This document shows positions 1 through 11,745 of a stretch of DNA of 64,000 nt, piece after piece. The stretch is from positions 1 through 64,000 of the forward strand of contig PDIP01000088.1 of NCBI GenBank assembly GCA_002811645.1, written 5' to 3'. The translations under genes and the position numbers were made by a program. Below the pieces are notes generated by a model. That model did not search any database and was not told where the DNA came from. It worked only from the letters and a program-made list of their open reading frames with translations. The DNA comes from Corallochytrium limacisporum Hawaii. Its lineage: Eukaryota; Protista; Pluriformea. Numbering within the stretch: position 1 is the stretch's first letter; each line of letters begins with the position of its first letter.

Positions 1-11
1 CATACGGTCCG

Positions 12-35
12 GTGTGTGTGTGTGTGTGTGTGTGT
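12..35. repeat. (GT)12 microsatellite
   Basis: Perfect GT dinucleotide run, followed by a C-rich and then a G/A-rich tract. Confidence 0.95.
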
Positions 36-1029
36 CCGTCCCTTCCTCTCCTCCACCAACCACCACCACCACCCCAACCTTCCCCCTTCCCCCCTCTCCT
101 CCTCCTCCTCCTCCTCCGCGGCTTCCCCTTTCGTTGAGGCATTTCCTTTTCGCCCATGAGAACAGGGGTTGGCACAGGAGAGAGAATGGAGGGGGGGAGG
201 GGGGGCCAGCTCTCTGGAGCTAGACACACCCCCACCCTCCCTCCCTCGGTTTCCCCGGAGCGGGGCGGAGAAGGGGAACCGGGGGCCCCGCAACACCAGC
301 AGCGGCAGCCCAAAAAAAAATAAAAACACAAAAATAATGTTCCAGCAAGAGAGATAACAAGGAAAGCGTGTAAGAAATCCACTCAAAGGAACAAAAATTG
401 GCTCTCAAGTTTGTTTTTTTTTTCCTTTTTGTCCTCTTTATGTGTTTTTGGTTAGTTCACGGTAGACACTAAAACCCCTTGCGTGCTTGTTATGAACCCC
501 CTCCCCCTTCGCTCTCTTTACCCCGTGCCCTTCATCGGCCTAGTCCGTGTGTCCGCCGGGCTCGGTGTAGTATCGCCCGTTTTCTTGCGGGTTCGCGGAA
601 ATGCCAGAACATTTTCTATGCAGAAGTGGGCCCGGTATCAGTTCTTACCCGGCTTACCGTGTTCGTGCACACCCGGAACGGGGGGGGGATCTGAGCGGCG
701 AAAAATAGAATCCGCCCGGCTAGAAAGGGCGTGCACCGGGAGCCCATTTTTCATTGGTAATGGGTGGCAGTACGGTAGTGGAAGTATGGAGGTCCGTGGA
801 CCTTCAGCTTGTGACGGGATGGAATCCCTGATTTCTATATTTTGCTCAGAGTCCAATATTTCTTGTTGAAACTCACCCCCCCCCTTCCCCGCAAACGAAA
901 ATTGATCCAAGGTGCACAGAAGAAACTGGCACAGCGCTGGGCAGGAAAGCCCGCGGGGCACGGATTCCAGTTCCCTCGGGTGTTCCGACGCCCCCTACTT
1001 TTTGTTATTTTTTTTTGGTATGGCTGTGG

Positions 1030-1047
1030 GTGTGTGTGTGTGTGTGT
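1030..1047. repeat. (GT)9 microsatellite
   Basis: Direct reading. Confidence 0.9.
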
Positions 1048-1495
1048 TTTGGTTCAGCCAGCCAGACAGAGGCCCCCGCCTCCTTGCGACCGCGCTTTCC
1101 CGGCTCCTCCCCCCCCCCCCTTCCCTTCTGATTGTCCAGCTAGTACGTACGGGCGCGGATTTTGGGATCTGTGCGGGCAGATCGCCCCCGGTGCAAGCGG
1201 CCGCATTAAAGGCCATTTTGCAATGAGCACGGGTACCCATGGGTGACCAGGTTGCGCTTCACATCCTTTCCTAATTTAAGGATATGGTCTTGATTTGTGT
1301 ATGTGTATTGTATTAACTGCCATGCGCAATGTGCGTGACGGTCAAAGATAGCCTTATTGCGCTGGTACACGGACCTGATGTACAGCGTTAGCTACTTCGA
1401 GGACTCCTATAGGACTTCATCATCATCTTCTTCAGTCAGAAGAGCAGTTTACAACATATTCGGGGTATAGGCTCTCTAATTTCACACAATCAAAT

Positions 1496-1879
1496 ATGGA
1501 CCGCTTCATTCTCATGACCCATGGTCTGTTAGACCTGGCTTTGCTGGGAATTCTTGTCGTCAGACCGACGGGTATCCCTCCCGTTGATCAAATTCTGGAG
1601 AAAATGCCGCCAGCGGGCACTGAGTTGGAACGTCTGCTCTTCTATAATTTCCTGTGGCATACTCTTGCACGACTTGGTGGTGGTTTGAGTAGGTGCACCT
1701 ACTCTATCTGCCTGTCTTTGACCAGCTACCTCTTGGCCATCCTGTACTTTGTCACAGAAATCTACGTCTATCACACGATACCTGCGGATGATCAAGTCTT
1801 GGGAAACTTGGGTCTGCTGACTGCCCTATCCATCTACTACACGTACGTGCTCATGTCAGGCACAGCCAAGCTGAACTGA
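1496..1879 (+). CDS. ERG28-like small ER membrane protein, paralog A (127 aa)
   Basis: About four hydrophobic segments. The pattern ER....W....R.G......C.SLTSYLL...YF.TE..VY.T follows the ERG28 layout. Clearly homologous to 3369-3767. A-rich context before the ATG. Confidence 0.65.
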   Translation: MDRFILMTHGLLDLALLGILVVRPTGIPPVDQILEKMPPAGTELERLLFYNFLWHTLARLGGGLSRCTYSICLSLTSYLLAILYFVTEIYVYHTIPADDQVLGNLGLLTALSIYYTYVLMSGTAKLN

Positions 1880-2624
1880 GAGCATTGAGAGGAAGGAGTG
1901 TATATAGACAGAAGCGTCTCGCTTCGATTTCAGCATCGCAGCACAAAACTTCAACCACACACATGTATCATAAAGAATAACGACATTCATACATTCTAAA
2001 CATCACATATCAGGGATCGCAACAACAAGCAATTCTCATTATCCTTACCTGGACCGATGAATGTATTGTTGACCATTAGTGGTGTCATTGGTGATGTTAG
2101 CTGTGTGTGATCAGTCAGAACTACAAGGGCAGTCTGGTCCATAGTCTTTCGTCAACAGGATCTTCAGCTGTTAACCAGCGGACATGGTGGTGTTCCGGAC
2201 CAGGGGCTTAAACCACAAGAACTAACAACCCTTACCCAGGATGCTGTTAGAAAGATGACGAAGCCCAGCGAATCAGTGAAGTGCTGCAAAGTAAGGCTGC
2301 ACTCTTTGTGTATTGACCAAGACTCGCCCTCGCAGGAAATCCCGGGGCCCCAGCTCGCGGGGACCCCCGGTTGAAAATTTGGCGCGCTCGGATCAATAAT
2401 TTTGTGGGGCCGTCGAGCACAGGCAACAAGAGCGGAGGGGGTCCCGCTCTTCCCCAAATGGCGAACATTGAAGCTGACCCGAACACCTAATACAGTTAGG
2501 AATACGCCCCTACATTCCCAGTACTGAAGCCACCCAATAACACGAGGCGCTGGGGGAAGGCCACCCCCCTTTGCGTTGGGAGGGGGGTGTAATTAATTCA
2601 AAATATTTCGGTCGGGGATCTATT

Positions 2625-2627
<3 letters not shown>

Positions 2628-2673
<46 letters not shown>
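2628..2673. repeat. (CA)23 microsatellite
   Basis: Direct reading. Confidence 0.95.
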
Positions 2674-2677
<4 letters not shown>

Positions 2678-3368
2678 GCCCTCGCCGCCTCCACCTTCTT
2701 GTCAAACTGCCCGTGTGTGTACCCTTCGGAAGGCCGGCCCCCGTCTAGAGAAGGAGGGGGCCCCTGGCATTGCGAGACCCACACAGTTTTCCTTGCTTCC
2801 GTTTTCTTTCTTTTTTTCTTTCACCTTTTTCTTCTTTTCCTTTTATTGCAACCCTTCGCCCCGACCGTTGTTTTGCTGATGATCCCTCTTTTTCTCCCTT
2901 TTTCTTTCCCTTTTCTGTTCTCCGCCCGGCCCCTCTGGGAACCAGCCCCACAGGTGCACGGACCAATCCCATCGCGCCACAAGGGCAATGGTAATGCTCG
3001 AAGTTCGGAGTTAGAGAAGGTCTTCCTTCGTAGGGGGAGTAATGCTTCCCCCTTGGGGCAGCACGACGGGTAGCGGGGTCCGGACGCGCCTGTGCATCGG
3101 ACTCTTTTACGTTTTGCATTTTGTAAGTTTGTCAGCCTGTCCGGAAGGCACGCTCGCGAAACTGGAACTGGAACTAATTGGGGCATTGCGATCTCTCTTG
3201 GTGAGTACGGGAAGACAGCTGAGTGACGACGGGTTTCCTTCCATGACAAACGGAAGGAGTGCATGTGGTCCTTGAGGATGACAAATCACGAAGCGAAAAG
3301 TCATCATGGACACTAGCCTCATATCGGATTCATAGCTAAACGGTATTGAAAACAGTAAATCAGAAACC

Positions 3369-3767
3369 ATGGAACGTCTTCTTCTTCTGGGCAACGCCTT
3401 CCTGGATTTCTTCATTATTTACGCCTCCTTTGAGCAACCGCAGTTGGCTAAGGAGATCACTCCATTCGGTCAGACCAATCCCCACGGTTCCGCTACCGAG
3501 CGTCTGGTTCTCTACTTTGTAGGATGGCTCGCTATTACCCGCCTGGGTGCTGCTATGTCCAAGAGCGCATACTCCATGTGCATTGCCCTGACTTCTTACT
3601 TGCTGGAGGCGGCCTACATTTCCTCTGAGATGTTCCACTACAAGACTATGAAAGAGGACGAGAAACTGTTTGGAGTTTTGGGATTCCTCGGTCTGATGAC
3701 CCTGATCTGCTTCTACAGCCTGGTGTCCGGCCGTGCCGGTGCCGCTGAGAAGGCCAAGATCGAATAA
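3369..3767 (+). CDS. ERG28-like small ER membrane protein, paralog B (132 aa)
   Basis: ERLVLYFVGWLAITRLGAAM...LTSYLLEAAYISSEMFHYKT resembles ERG28 (R.FG.W.....R...A...TY..A..HF.SE...KT). The C-terminal KAKIE is a KxKxx ER-retrieval signal. Confidence 0.7.
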   Translation: MERLLLLGNAFLDFFIIYASFEQPQLAKEITPFGQTNPHGSATERLVLYFVGWLAITRLGAAMSKSAYSMCIALTSYLLEAAYISSEMFHYKTMKEDEKLFGVLGFLGLMTLICFYSLVSGRAGAAEKAKIE

Positions 3768-4477
3768 ATGAAACTATTTCGCTTCTTCTACAGTGGGGGG
3801 ATGCCATGGTTTGTAGTTTTGCCGTGTATGCCCACCTTTTTCCTTTTCCCCAGCCAGCTCTTCCTTCGACAACGGAGCCATTGCCACCAAAGATGCCTCT
3901 CCGAACAAGACCATCATGGTGTGACATCGTCACAATGATGCTGCCGACGTAGCCTGTCGCCTTGCGTCTTGCTTGGAGACTTGAGTAGATGCAATATTTC
4001 TCTACTCAGGAACTTTGAATCTCACAAGATGCAACCATTTCAGGTACACTATAACGAGCATAGAAGTTGAAAGCTGTATGTTAAGTAAAACTATGCCATA
4101 TTTATTCAGATGCAGAGCTGATTGTGATTTATGGTGTGCTATGATGCCTTTGTCTTGCTGTATCAACCTCTGTCTAGTCGAAGTTGATCAGAAGTATCAA
4201 CCATCACAGACACACAAAAGGTTTTGCAAGGACTGACGTGATGACAGACTTGCAAATCTGTGATTTATGATAATGCCAATAAACGTTATAAGTATGTGGA
4301 ACAGGTTTGGGAATGAATAAGACGGGGAAGGTCAAGAATCACTAGTGTCTCTCACTGTCCCCTTCCGTGGTCAATGCCCAAAAGCCTGGATGCTGTTTGA
4401 AATAATTACATGATGAATGAACGATGACTGTGCCATGTTCTCCTGTTGGTTTTGACTAGATCATGTTCGCCTTAAAC

Positions 4478-5050
4478 TTACTCCTGGGAGGGGAACTCGA
4501 ACACAACATCCTTGCCGGTCAGGGCCTTGTAGACGGAACCGAAAGTATCCAGCTTGTACTCGACATTGTTCTTCTCCTTCTTGTCCAGGTGCACCTTGTA
4601 CAGCTTAGACCCGTCCAGCTTAATGCGGATGCGCTTACCGACAATCTCGGTGGGGTAGGCCAGATCGTCCAGGATAGAGTCGTGGACAGCAGTCAGAGTG
4701 CGAGATCGAGGGCGGGGCTGCTTGGGCTGGCGAGCGTTGCGGGCAGGCTTGCGAAGGATGCGGCGCTGGGCAACAATGACAACGTGGCGACCACTGAACT
4801 TCTTCTCCAATTCGCGGACCAGACGGACCTGAACCTTGTGGAAGTTGCGCAGCAGAGGCACGGGTACAAACAGAACGACGGCCTTCTTTCCCTGACCGAC
4901 ATCAACTTCCTTGGCTGCGCTAATGTACAGACCCCGGAGATCGGCCTTCATCTCAGCGGAGGAGTCTTCCAGCTCCTGCAGAGCAGTGGCCACAGTGTTC
5001 TCGAACTCATCGGCCTGCTGTCCGGCAGGCTTAATCAACTTCTGCACCAT
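4478..5050 (-). CDS. RPS7: 40S ribosomal protein S7 (eS7)
   Basis: Contains [46 protein letters not shown] and [15 protein letters not shown]. Strong codon bias. Confidence 0.99.
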   Translation of the reverse strand: MVQKLIKPAGQQADEFENTVATALQELEDSSAEMKADLRGLYISAAKEVDVGQGKKAVVLFVPVPLLRNFHKVQVRLVRELEKKFSGRHVVIVAQRRILRKPARNARQPKQPRPRSRTLTAVHDSILDDLAYPTEIVGKRIRIKLDGSKLYKVHLDKKEKNNVEYKLDTFGSVYKALTGKDVVFEFPSQE

Positions 5051-5716
5051 GATTGCTTGTGTATAAATTCCCGGAATTACACAAAAATCTATGTAGTGTT
5101 TTCTGTTAATCTAATCTATTTCTCGAAATCTTGTACCAGTTTTATACCCTGATTACAATAATTATCATGCAATATAATGAAATGTCAATAATGTATGAAA
5201 GGGCATTCTCGCCATTGTTGCCCATACTGAAAGATTCGACAATGTGTGGGTCCACCTTGAAAGTACACTGAGCCAAAGCCTGGGACTAGTGGTCTTTCCA
5301 AAGCGCCCATCAATCCCGTGTGCCACTAGCAATTGAGGGACCACGGTGGCTTAGGTATGGCGGCCGGCCAGGGATTGTGGTGGTTCACTACCGGTATGGC
5401 CGTTCCACAGGGCGGGGCTCGGTACATTCACTATAATAAAGTTACAAGTCAAGTATATTTAGTATGAACCACGAGGTAACTGCGAGCGGCAAATACAGTT
5501 TGTACTGAAATTGGGCTTAGCCAACTTCACCCGAAATAGAGGGAAATTAACACAAACACCAGTACCTGGCTCCCTGGGCCGAAAAGTTATTCAATTCTGG
5601 TCCGAAAATTTGTGTGTGAAAATCCCAGGAGGTGGTCACATTTGTGTGTGTAAAGACTCGCCAAGGTCAGCCTCCCCCCCCCCCCACCACCCCTCCGAGT
5701 ATTCCAAAGACGTAAG

Positions 5717-5883
5717 TATATATAAATTCCCAACACAAGTTCGTAGGTACTTTCAGTACCGCGACGGTCAGCCTGCCTACCCTCTGCCCTCGAAATACGT
5801 CCCGTACATTTTCTATATAAATTGTGTGGTTGGGATCGCGCAGTAGAAAGGGTAGGGGAGTATCTTCTCGGTACTTTCAGTAC
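5717..5883 (+). promoter_or_regulatory. Duplicated TATATAAA ... GGTACTTTCAGTAC module upstream of POC5
   Basis: TATATAAA at about 5719 and 5814. Identical 14-mer GGTACTTTCAGTAC at 5746-5759 and 5870-5883. In the first copy the TATA-to-TCAGT spacing is about 34 nt. Confidence 0.45.
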
Positions 5884-6420
5884 TGCTGCGCCATAACTTC
5901 AAAACAGCTCAGTATTCTAACGGAGGGCTTCAGTCTACCTTTGAGACCCTGGAGCAGAAAAAAGGGACGGGAGGGGGGCCGGGGGAGCGGAGGGGTTCCC
6001 TGGGCAATCTTTTGGGCGAGAATGCGAAAGTCAAGACCCCGCGGTGTTTGAATTTGGCGGGAGCGGGGGCGAGACCCCGGTTGGTACCGAGACTCCGGTG
6101 GATTCTGCCCCAGGAGACGGGCGGGTCTCACGGAATCTGCGGCGAGTCCCGATGCGTTTGCTTCGAAACTGCTGAGTGTGCTTCAGACTGTGTTCGTGAG
6201 TGTCAAAACTGAACAGATCGTATCGGTACTAGAGACATGAAAGGGTATGCATCTGGTGTAAACATGGAGGATTCATCTCGAGAGAGAGCACCATGTACTT
6301 TAGTTATCCTTGATCCACCCCCGGGAGTGGTCCGATACAAAGCCAGGAAATTCGGGTGAATACATTTATTTATACAGGGAAACACAAGAAAATTTACCAA
6401 AACTCACAGAACAGTTTATT

Positions 6421-8142
6421 ATGTCGGACCACCCGACATCGCCGTCACTTGGGTCTGAGCCCATCCTACCCGACGACAAGGAGGATGAATACAACGAACT
6501 GATGCGTTTTGCGGTCACTGCACCAACCCAAGGTGTGCGGCAGACGGGTGGAATTGAGGTGCCCGAGGGCGCGCATGCAACACCAGAGGCTGTACGGGGG
6601 ATGGCCCGTGCTTTAGGGGTCGCCTCGCCCGAGCGCGCCCCTAGCATTGGCGAACTGAGCGAGATAGAGCGCGGCTTTGGGCACATCGAGGATCGCCTGC
6701 CCAGGCCCGGTAGTCACCGCGAGGGTGGGTTACCCATTCCTTCCGCTCGTGGTGCGGGCGCAATCGGTATGCGCGGACAGTCTCCGCCTCCAGTCGTGCC
6801 AACGGATGCCGCAGACTCACGAGGTGAGTACTACACCGCGCGGGACGTTCCTGCATCGGCTCCGACTATGTCTGAAGGGGAGCTGCCTACCGGTGTCTAT
6901 AGCAGCCTCGATACCCCCGAGCGTCGCCGTTCATCGGGACCAGTAACGAACAGTCGCAGAGGTAGCGGTCGTACAAAGCTCAGGGCACGAATAAGAGGGG
7001 CAAGTCCGCTAAAGACCCAAGATTCCAGTACGCGTCTCGCATACCAACAAGAGATTGACGAACTTAAGGAACTGGATCCCGCTCTGGGCCGGCTTGACTC
7101 TAAATTCGATCATTGGGGCCTCATGATGAAGAAATCGGTCATGGAAGAGTTTGCAAAGCTGCGGATGCAGTTGCTGGAAGAAAACAAAGCACGCTTGGAA
7201 GGTCAGGCGGCACGCTACGAGAACGAAATCGCCAACCTCCGCCGCGATCTGGACCTACTCCAGGGATCTGTGGAGAACCGCGATGACGAGATGCTCAAGA
7301 AGGACCGCATGCTCCAAGCAGTGGCAGACTCACTGGCTGCACAGCGAGCGCGCACTAACATGCGCCGCGCCTTCCTGAGTTGGCGCGCGAAGAAGCAATG
7401 GATCGACACAGAAGAGCATCTGGGACGTGTCGCTGCCGAATATCTGCGGCGCCGCCGCTTGACCAAGGCTCTGAGTGGATGGGCGTACGCCGTGAAGGCT
7501 GGCTACAAAGATGCAGTCCAGGCTGTCTGCCAACGTCGCGCTGAGGAGGTGTGTCGCCAGATTCAGAGGGACTACGAGGCTAAAATGAAGGTCCTACACG
7601 GCAAATTAGAGGCTGCACACGGCCGGGTTCGGGAATTGGAGCGCAAGAACGACCGCCATGTAGAGAATATGAAGAAAGCATTCATGCGTGGTGTCTGTGC
7701 ATTGAATATGGAGGCGATGAGCATGTTCCGACCCGAAGAGTTAGAGCGAATGGCGGATGTGGCCGTACATGGCGGTGGTGGTGGATCGGGCAAAAATTTG
7801 GATCCGAATGTTAACACCGGTGATGCCACGAGACAAGGCGCGGCAGGGGCGGCTGGAGGATCAAGACCCACCGTGCCACATCCATCATCGTACCCTCAGC
7901 ATCCAGCTGCTCAAAGCGTGGAACAGCAACAGCGGCGGCGGCAGGAGCAGCAGCAGCGGCAAGTGCGGTTCCGCGAGCACGGGAAGAGTGCTGTCAATAC
8001 CTCCGCCGCTGATCGGCCGGTTAGTTCAAGTGCTGGTGGCGGACAGCCGTCCAGTGCCGAAGGCGTCTGGGTTGAGCGACACGGACAGGTGCCAAACGGG
8101 GGTGGTCGTGGCATCCCCCGCAGTGTACAGGTCCTGCAGTAG
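6421..8142 (+). CDS. POC5: Centriolar protein POC5
   Basis: Signature MKKAFMRGVCALNMEAMSMF. Sfi1-like centrin-binding repeats (RRAFLSWR, LTKALSGW) and a coiled coil. First ATG is at 6421; the ORF track starts at an upstream TTG. Confidence 0.9.
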   Translation: MSDHPTSPSLGSEPILPDDKEDEYNELMRFAVTAPTQGVRQTGGIEVPEGAHATPEAVRGMARALGVASPERAPSIGELSEIERGFGHIEDRLPRPGSHREGGLPIPSARGAGAIGMRGQSPPPVVPTDAADSRGEYYTARDVPASAPTMSEGELPTGVYSSLDTPERRRSSGPVTNSRRGSGRTKLRARIRGASPLKTQDSSTRLAYQQEIDELKELDPALGRLDSKFDHWGLMMKKSVMEEFAKLRMQLLEENKARLEGQAARYENEIANLRRDLDLLQGSVENRDDEMLKKDRMLQAVADSLAAQRARTNMRRAFLSWRAKKQWIDTEEHLGRVAAEYLRRRRLTKALSGWAYAVKAGYKDAVQAVCQRRAEEVCRQIQRDYEAKMKVLHGKLEAAHGRVRELERKNDRHVENMKKAFMRGVCALNMEAMSMFRPEELERMADVAVHGGGGGSGKNLDPNVNTGDATRQGAAGAAGGSRPTVPHPSSYPQHPAAQSVEQQQRRRQEQQQRQVRFREHGKSAVNTSAADRPVSSSAGGGQPSSAEGVWVERHGQVPNGGGRGIPRSVQVLQ

Positions 8143-8367
8143 GAAATGAATCGCTCACCAGGCGCAACACTCGAATACTTCTGGTCAACCTTGACATCGT
8201 GGCATACATATATATATATTTCAATTTTCATCAGGACTTGGGTTCTACTTATATTTGGCTATATTGTTTTTTGTTCTTCTGATATTTTTGTACAAGTTTG
8301 CTCTTGAGTCTCGTGCAAGAAGGGTGACAATTGGATTTTGTGTCATGTTAGCTCACAACCGATCCCT

Positions 8368-10122
8368 TTACATGCGGAACACACCGAAGCGTGTCTCCTC
8401 GATTGGCTGGTTCAGGGCGGCGCTCAGGGACAGACCCACGACGTCCCGTGTCTGTGCCGGGTCGATGATACCGTCGTCCCAGAGGCGGGCGCTACTGAAA
8501 TACGGATGGCCCTCTGACTCGTAGCGCGCGATGGTGGGTGCCTTGAACTTGGCAGTCTCCTCGTCCGTCATTGGTGACTTGCCCTCCCGCTCCCGCTGGT
8601 CCTGGGCGATCGTGTGCAGGACACCGGCGGCCTGCTCACCTCCCATCACACTGATGCGGCTGTTGGGCCACATGTATAGGAAACGAGGGCTGTAGGCACG
8701 GCCGCACATACCGTAGTTACCAGCACCGAAGCTTCCACCAATCAGCACGGTAATCTTGGGTACCTTGGCGCAGCTCACGGCCATGACCATCTTCGCACCG
8801 TTCTTGGCAATGCCACCACTCTCGTACTCGCGACCGACCATGAAACCGGTAATGTTCTGCAGGAAGAGCAAGGGAATGCCACGCTGACCACACAGTTCAA
8901 TGAAGTGCGCGCCCTTCTGTGCGCTCTCGCTGAAGAGGACACCGTTGTTGGCCACGATACCAACCGGGTAGCCATGAATGCGAGCGAACCCGGTCACGAG
9001 CGTGTCACCGAATAGCTCCTTGAATTCATCGAAGCGACTGCCGTCTACGAGGCGAGCAATGACCTTTTTCACATCAAAGGGCTTACGCAGACTGTCACCG
9101 ACGATGCCGTAAATCTCACGCGGATCGTAGAGCGGCTCTTCGGGCGGGAGCACGACGGTGGAATCCAGAGCGGACTTGCGGCGGTTCAGGTTCCGGACAA
9201 CGCGCCGAGCGAGGTTTAGGGCGTGCTCATCATTCTGAGCGTAGTGGTCAGCAACACCGGAGGTGCGGCAGTGAACATCGGCACCGCCCAAGTCCTCGGC
9301 CGAAACTTCCTCACCGGTGGCAGCCTTGACCAAAGGTGGACCTCCAAGGAAAATGGTACCTTGTTCACGCACAATGATAGCCTCGTCGCTCATGGCAGGC
9401 ACATAGGCACCGCCGGCAGTACAGGAGCCCATCACCACCGCAATCTGTGGAATGTTCTGGGCGCTCATGTTGGCCTGGTTGAAGAAGATGCGGCCGAAAT
9501 GCTCGCGATCGGGGAACACATCGGCTTGATTCGGCAAGTTGGCACCACCAGAGTCGACCAGGTAGACGCAGGGCAAGTTATTCTGCAGAGCAATCTCCTG
9601 TGCCCGAAGATGCTTCTTAACAGTAATCGGGAAGTACGTACCACCCTTGACCGTGGCGTCGTTGGCTACGATTACGCACTCCTGCCCACTCACGCGACCG
9701 ATACCGGTAATGATGCCTCCTGCGGGCACATCAGAATCATACAGATTGTAGCCCGCAAACTGACTGAACTCCATGAAGGGAGCACCCGGATCCACCAAGC
9801 GATCGATGCGCTCACGCGGAAGGAGCTTGCCGCGGTCGGTGTGGCGCTTACGGGCCTTCTCACCGCCACCGCCAATGATGGTGTCAACCTTACCTTGGAG
9901 GTCATCGATCAGTTTTTCGTAGGCCTCGTACCGTTCCTTGTAGTCGTCAGAGAGGGTATCGATGGCGCCGTCCATTATGTTGTCTTCCTGTTCGCGGTGG
10001 TAGGCGCGGCGTGCAATGCTGAGGCCAGATCCAGCGACCAGACCGCGCAGGCCGAAGCCGTTGACGGACGCTGCCGTGACCTGTGCCCGGGCGGCGCCAC
10101 TGGCCAAGTTCTTGAGCATCAT
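8368..10122 (-). CDS. MCCC2: 3-methylcrotonyl-CoA carboxylase beta subunit, mitochondrial
   Basis: Contains [50 protein letters not shown] and the C-terminal FGVFRM. N-terminal presequence. Confidence 0.98.
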   Translation of the reverse strand: MMLKNLASGAARAQVTAASVNGFGLRGLVAGSGLSIARRAYHREQEDNIMDGAIDTLSDDYKERYEAYEKLIDDLQGKVDTIIGGGGEKARKRHTDRGKLLPRERIDRLVDPGAPFMEFSQFAGYNLYDSDVPAGGIITGIGRVSGQECVIVANDATVKGGTYFPITVKKHLRAQEIALQNNLPCVYLVDSGGANLPNQADVFPDREHFGRIFFNQANMSAQNIPQIAVVMGSCTAGGAYVPAMSDEAIIVREQGTIFLGGPPLVKAATGEEVSAEDLGGADVHCRTSGVADHYAQNDEHALNLARRVVRNLNRRKSALDSTVVLPPEEPLYDPREIYGIVGDSLRKPFDVKKVIARLVDGSRFDEFKELFGDTLVTGFARIHGYPVGIVANNGVLFSESAQKGAHFIELCGQRGIPLLFLQNITGFMVGREYESGGIAKNGAKMVMAVSCAKVPKITVLIGGSFGAGNYGMCGRAYSPRFLYMWPNSRISVMGGEQAAGVLHTIAQDQREREGKSPMTDEETAKFKAPTIARYESEGHPYFSSARLWDDGIIDPAQTRDVVGLSLSAALNQPIEETRFGVFRM

Positions 10123-11199
10123 GATTGGATTTACTACTTCTCTGTGTGGCTGTTGCGGAGACCGGTACTACTAATTGGATACCTGTATAGAGTCTGCCCA
10201 GCTTACCCGATGTTCTTCTAACTGTGGTCTAATTTACTTTCTCAGAGCAAGACCCCCGACTTGAGGAAAGCCCAGATACGTCACTGCAACATTTTGTGCA
10301 AAGATGTCCCTGCCTTACACTGCATTCCTTCTTGTACCCAACATTCGCATAAACTTCTTGCAAGTTGTGGCAAGGCTGTGGAACCCAAACTCACGCGACG
10401 CGTAAGGCATTCCCCAAGGAAACAAACAAAAACCATCGTCCAGATGGAATATCTACGTCTCTAGCACTACGTCCCCGTACACAAAACCGAGTCCGTGAGA
10501 CACAATTGACGGACGGCGTACTGTCGTTCCCTGTGCGTGAGTGTCAGTGTGATTCGGCTGGTTGTGCCCCCTTTCTCTCATCACTTACACCCTCTCGTCT
10601 GTGTATGCTCTTTGTTCCCCTTTCCTTTGTGTCGCGGTCCACTCATACCGTAGAGCCTCCGCTACCACAGGGCAGTGCACACCGCCCACACCACGGAAGG
10701 CCATATCTCACTCACACACAGGCTACACACACACACACCCTGGATGCCCGTCCGAGTTGGTGCTGTGTGGAAGGCAGTGGCAAGCTCAACGGGCGGCATA
10801 GACGAAGCATACGGGCACACACTGGAAAGGGCCGGCGCAATATGCGCCACAGCGGTCCTCCCGGAAGTGGGTGTTTGGACGGGTATTATATAAATTTCCG
10901 TATATAATATAATCGGATACAAATACATTTAAAAGGGATATAGTGTGAAATATGTATATATATCCGTATATTATATACCGGGTGGGAAACAACAATAGAG
11001 CTGGGGCACTCCCAAGTGAGGGCAGGAGAAGTGTGGGAAGGGTATTGGCCTCAAACCAACTATTGCTATAGCCCTTTGCCGTTCGCCCTAATCTCAAGAC
11101 ACCCATCTATATATAAAATGTACACAAAAATCATTAAGACATTACGTGCTTTGTTTATATTCGAAGTCCCATGCCTAGTATTCGCGCCTGTGGGAAAAT

Positions 11200-11745
11200 G
11201 AAAAAAAAAGGAGTCAGAGCGAGAGCGACGGTCCCTGCGTGTCAGAGACAACCGCGGGGCAACTGTTCAAGGCCCCCCTTGCTTTTTGCGACCAAAACGA
11301 ACAGGCAGCGGGGCCCTGAGGAAAGGGGGAGGCCCCCGGCCGAGGAAGAGAGGGAAGGAAAAACTACCTGCTGCAAACACTTCCTGCCCTGCGGTCCCCC
11401 CCCCCCTTTTTCCACTTACTTCCCCGGACTTTTTCTGGGCTGCGCAGTAGCTAATGTACTGCGTACTCGAAACCAGGGAAAACGGGAGTTGGACAAAAAG
11501 GGCCCCCGGGCGTGCCAACAGACCAAGAGAAGAAAACAAAGGGGAGGGGAGGGGGGGAAATTGGAAAAGAGAAGTTAGTAAAAAGGGGGAACCGGGCAGT
11601 GTACACAAACAAAGTAAACACACTGGACGTATCGTTTTACTACTCTACGGACCCGAAACCCGGAGGGGGAAGAGAAACTGAAAGAAGGCCCGGTGGGGAT
11701 TGGGGGGAGAGCAGAGGGGTTGCCTCCGCAGCCCCCTCTATTCGG
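11200..11745. promoter_or_regulatory. Homopolymer island (C runs, G runs, A runs)
   Basis: Multiple C5-C11 and G5-G8 tracts, purine-rich on + in the right half. Lies upstream of MCCC2. The regulatory role is inferred. Confidence 0.4.

Noticed and set aside
3783-3803. IRE-like C-N5-CAGTG loop after ERG28-B
   Set aside because: The upper stem has an A.G mismatch and two G.U pairs, and the sixth loop base is G.
4463-5152. 229 aa + strand ORF
   Set aside because: Antisense shadow of the codon-biased RPS7; no protein features.
9223-10221. 332 aa + strand ORF
   Set aside because: Antisense shadow of MCCC2.
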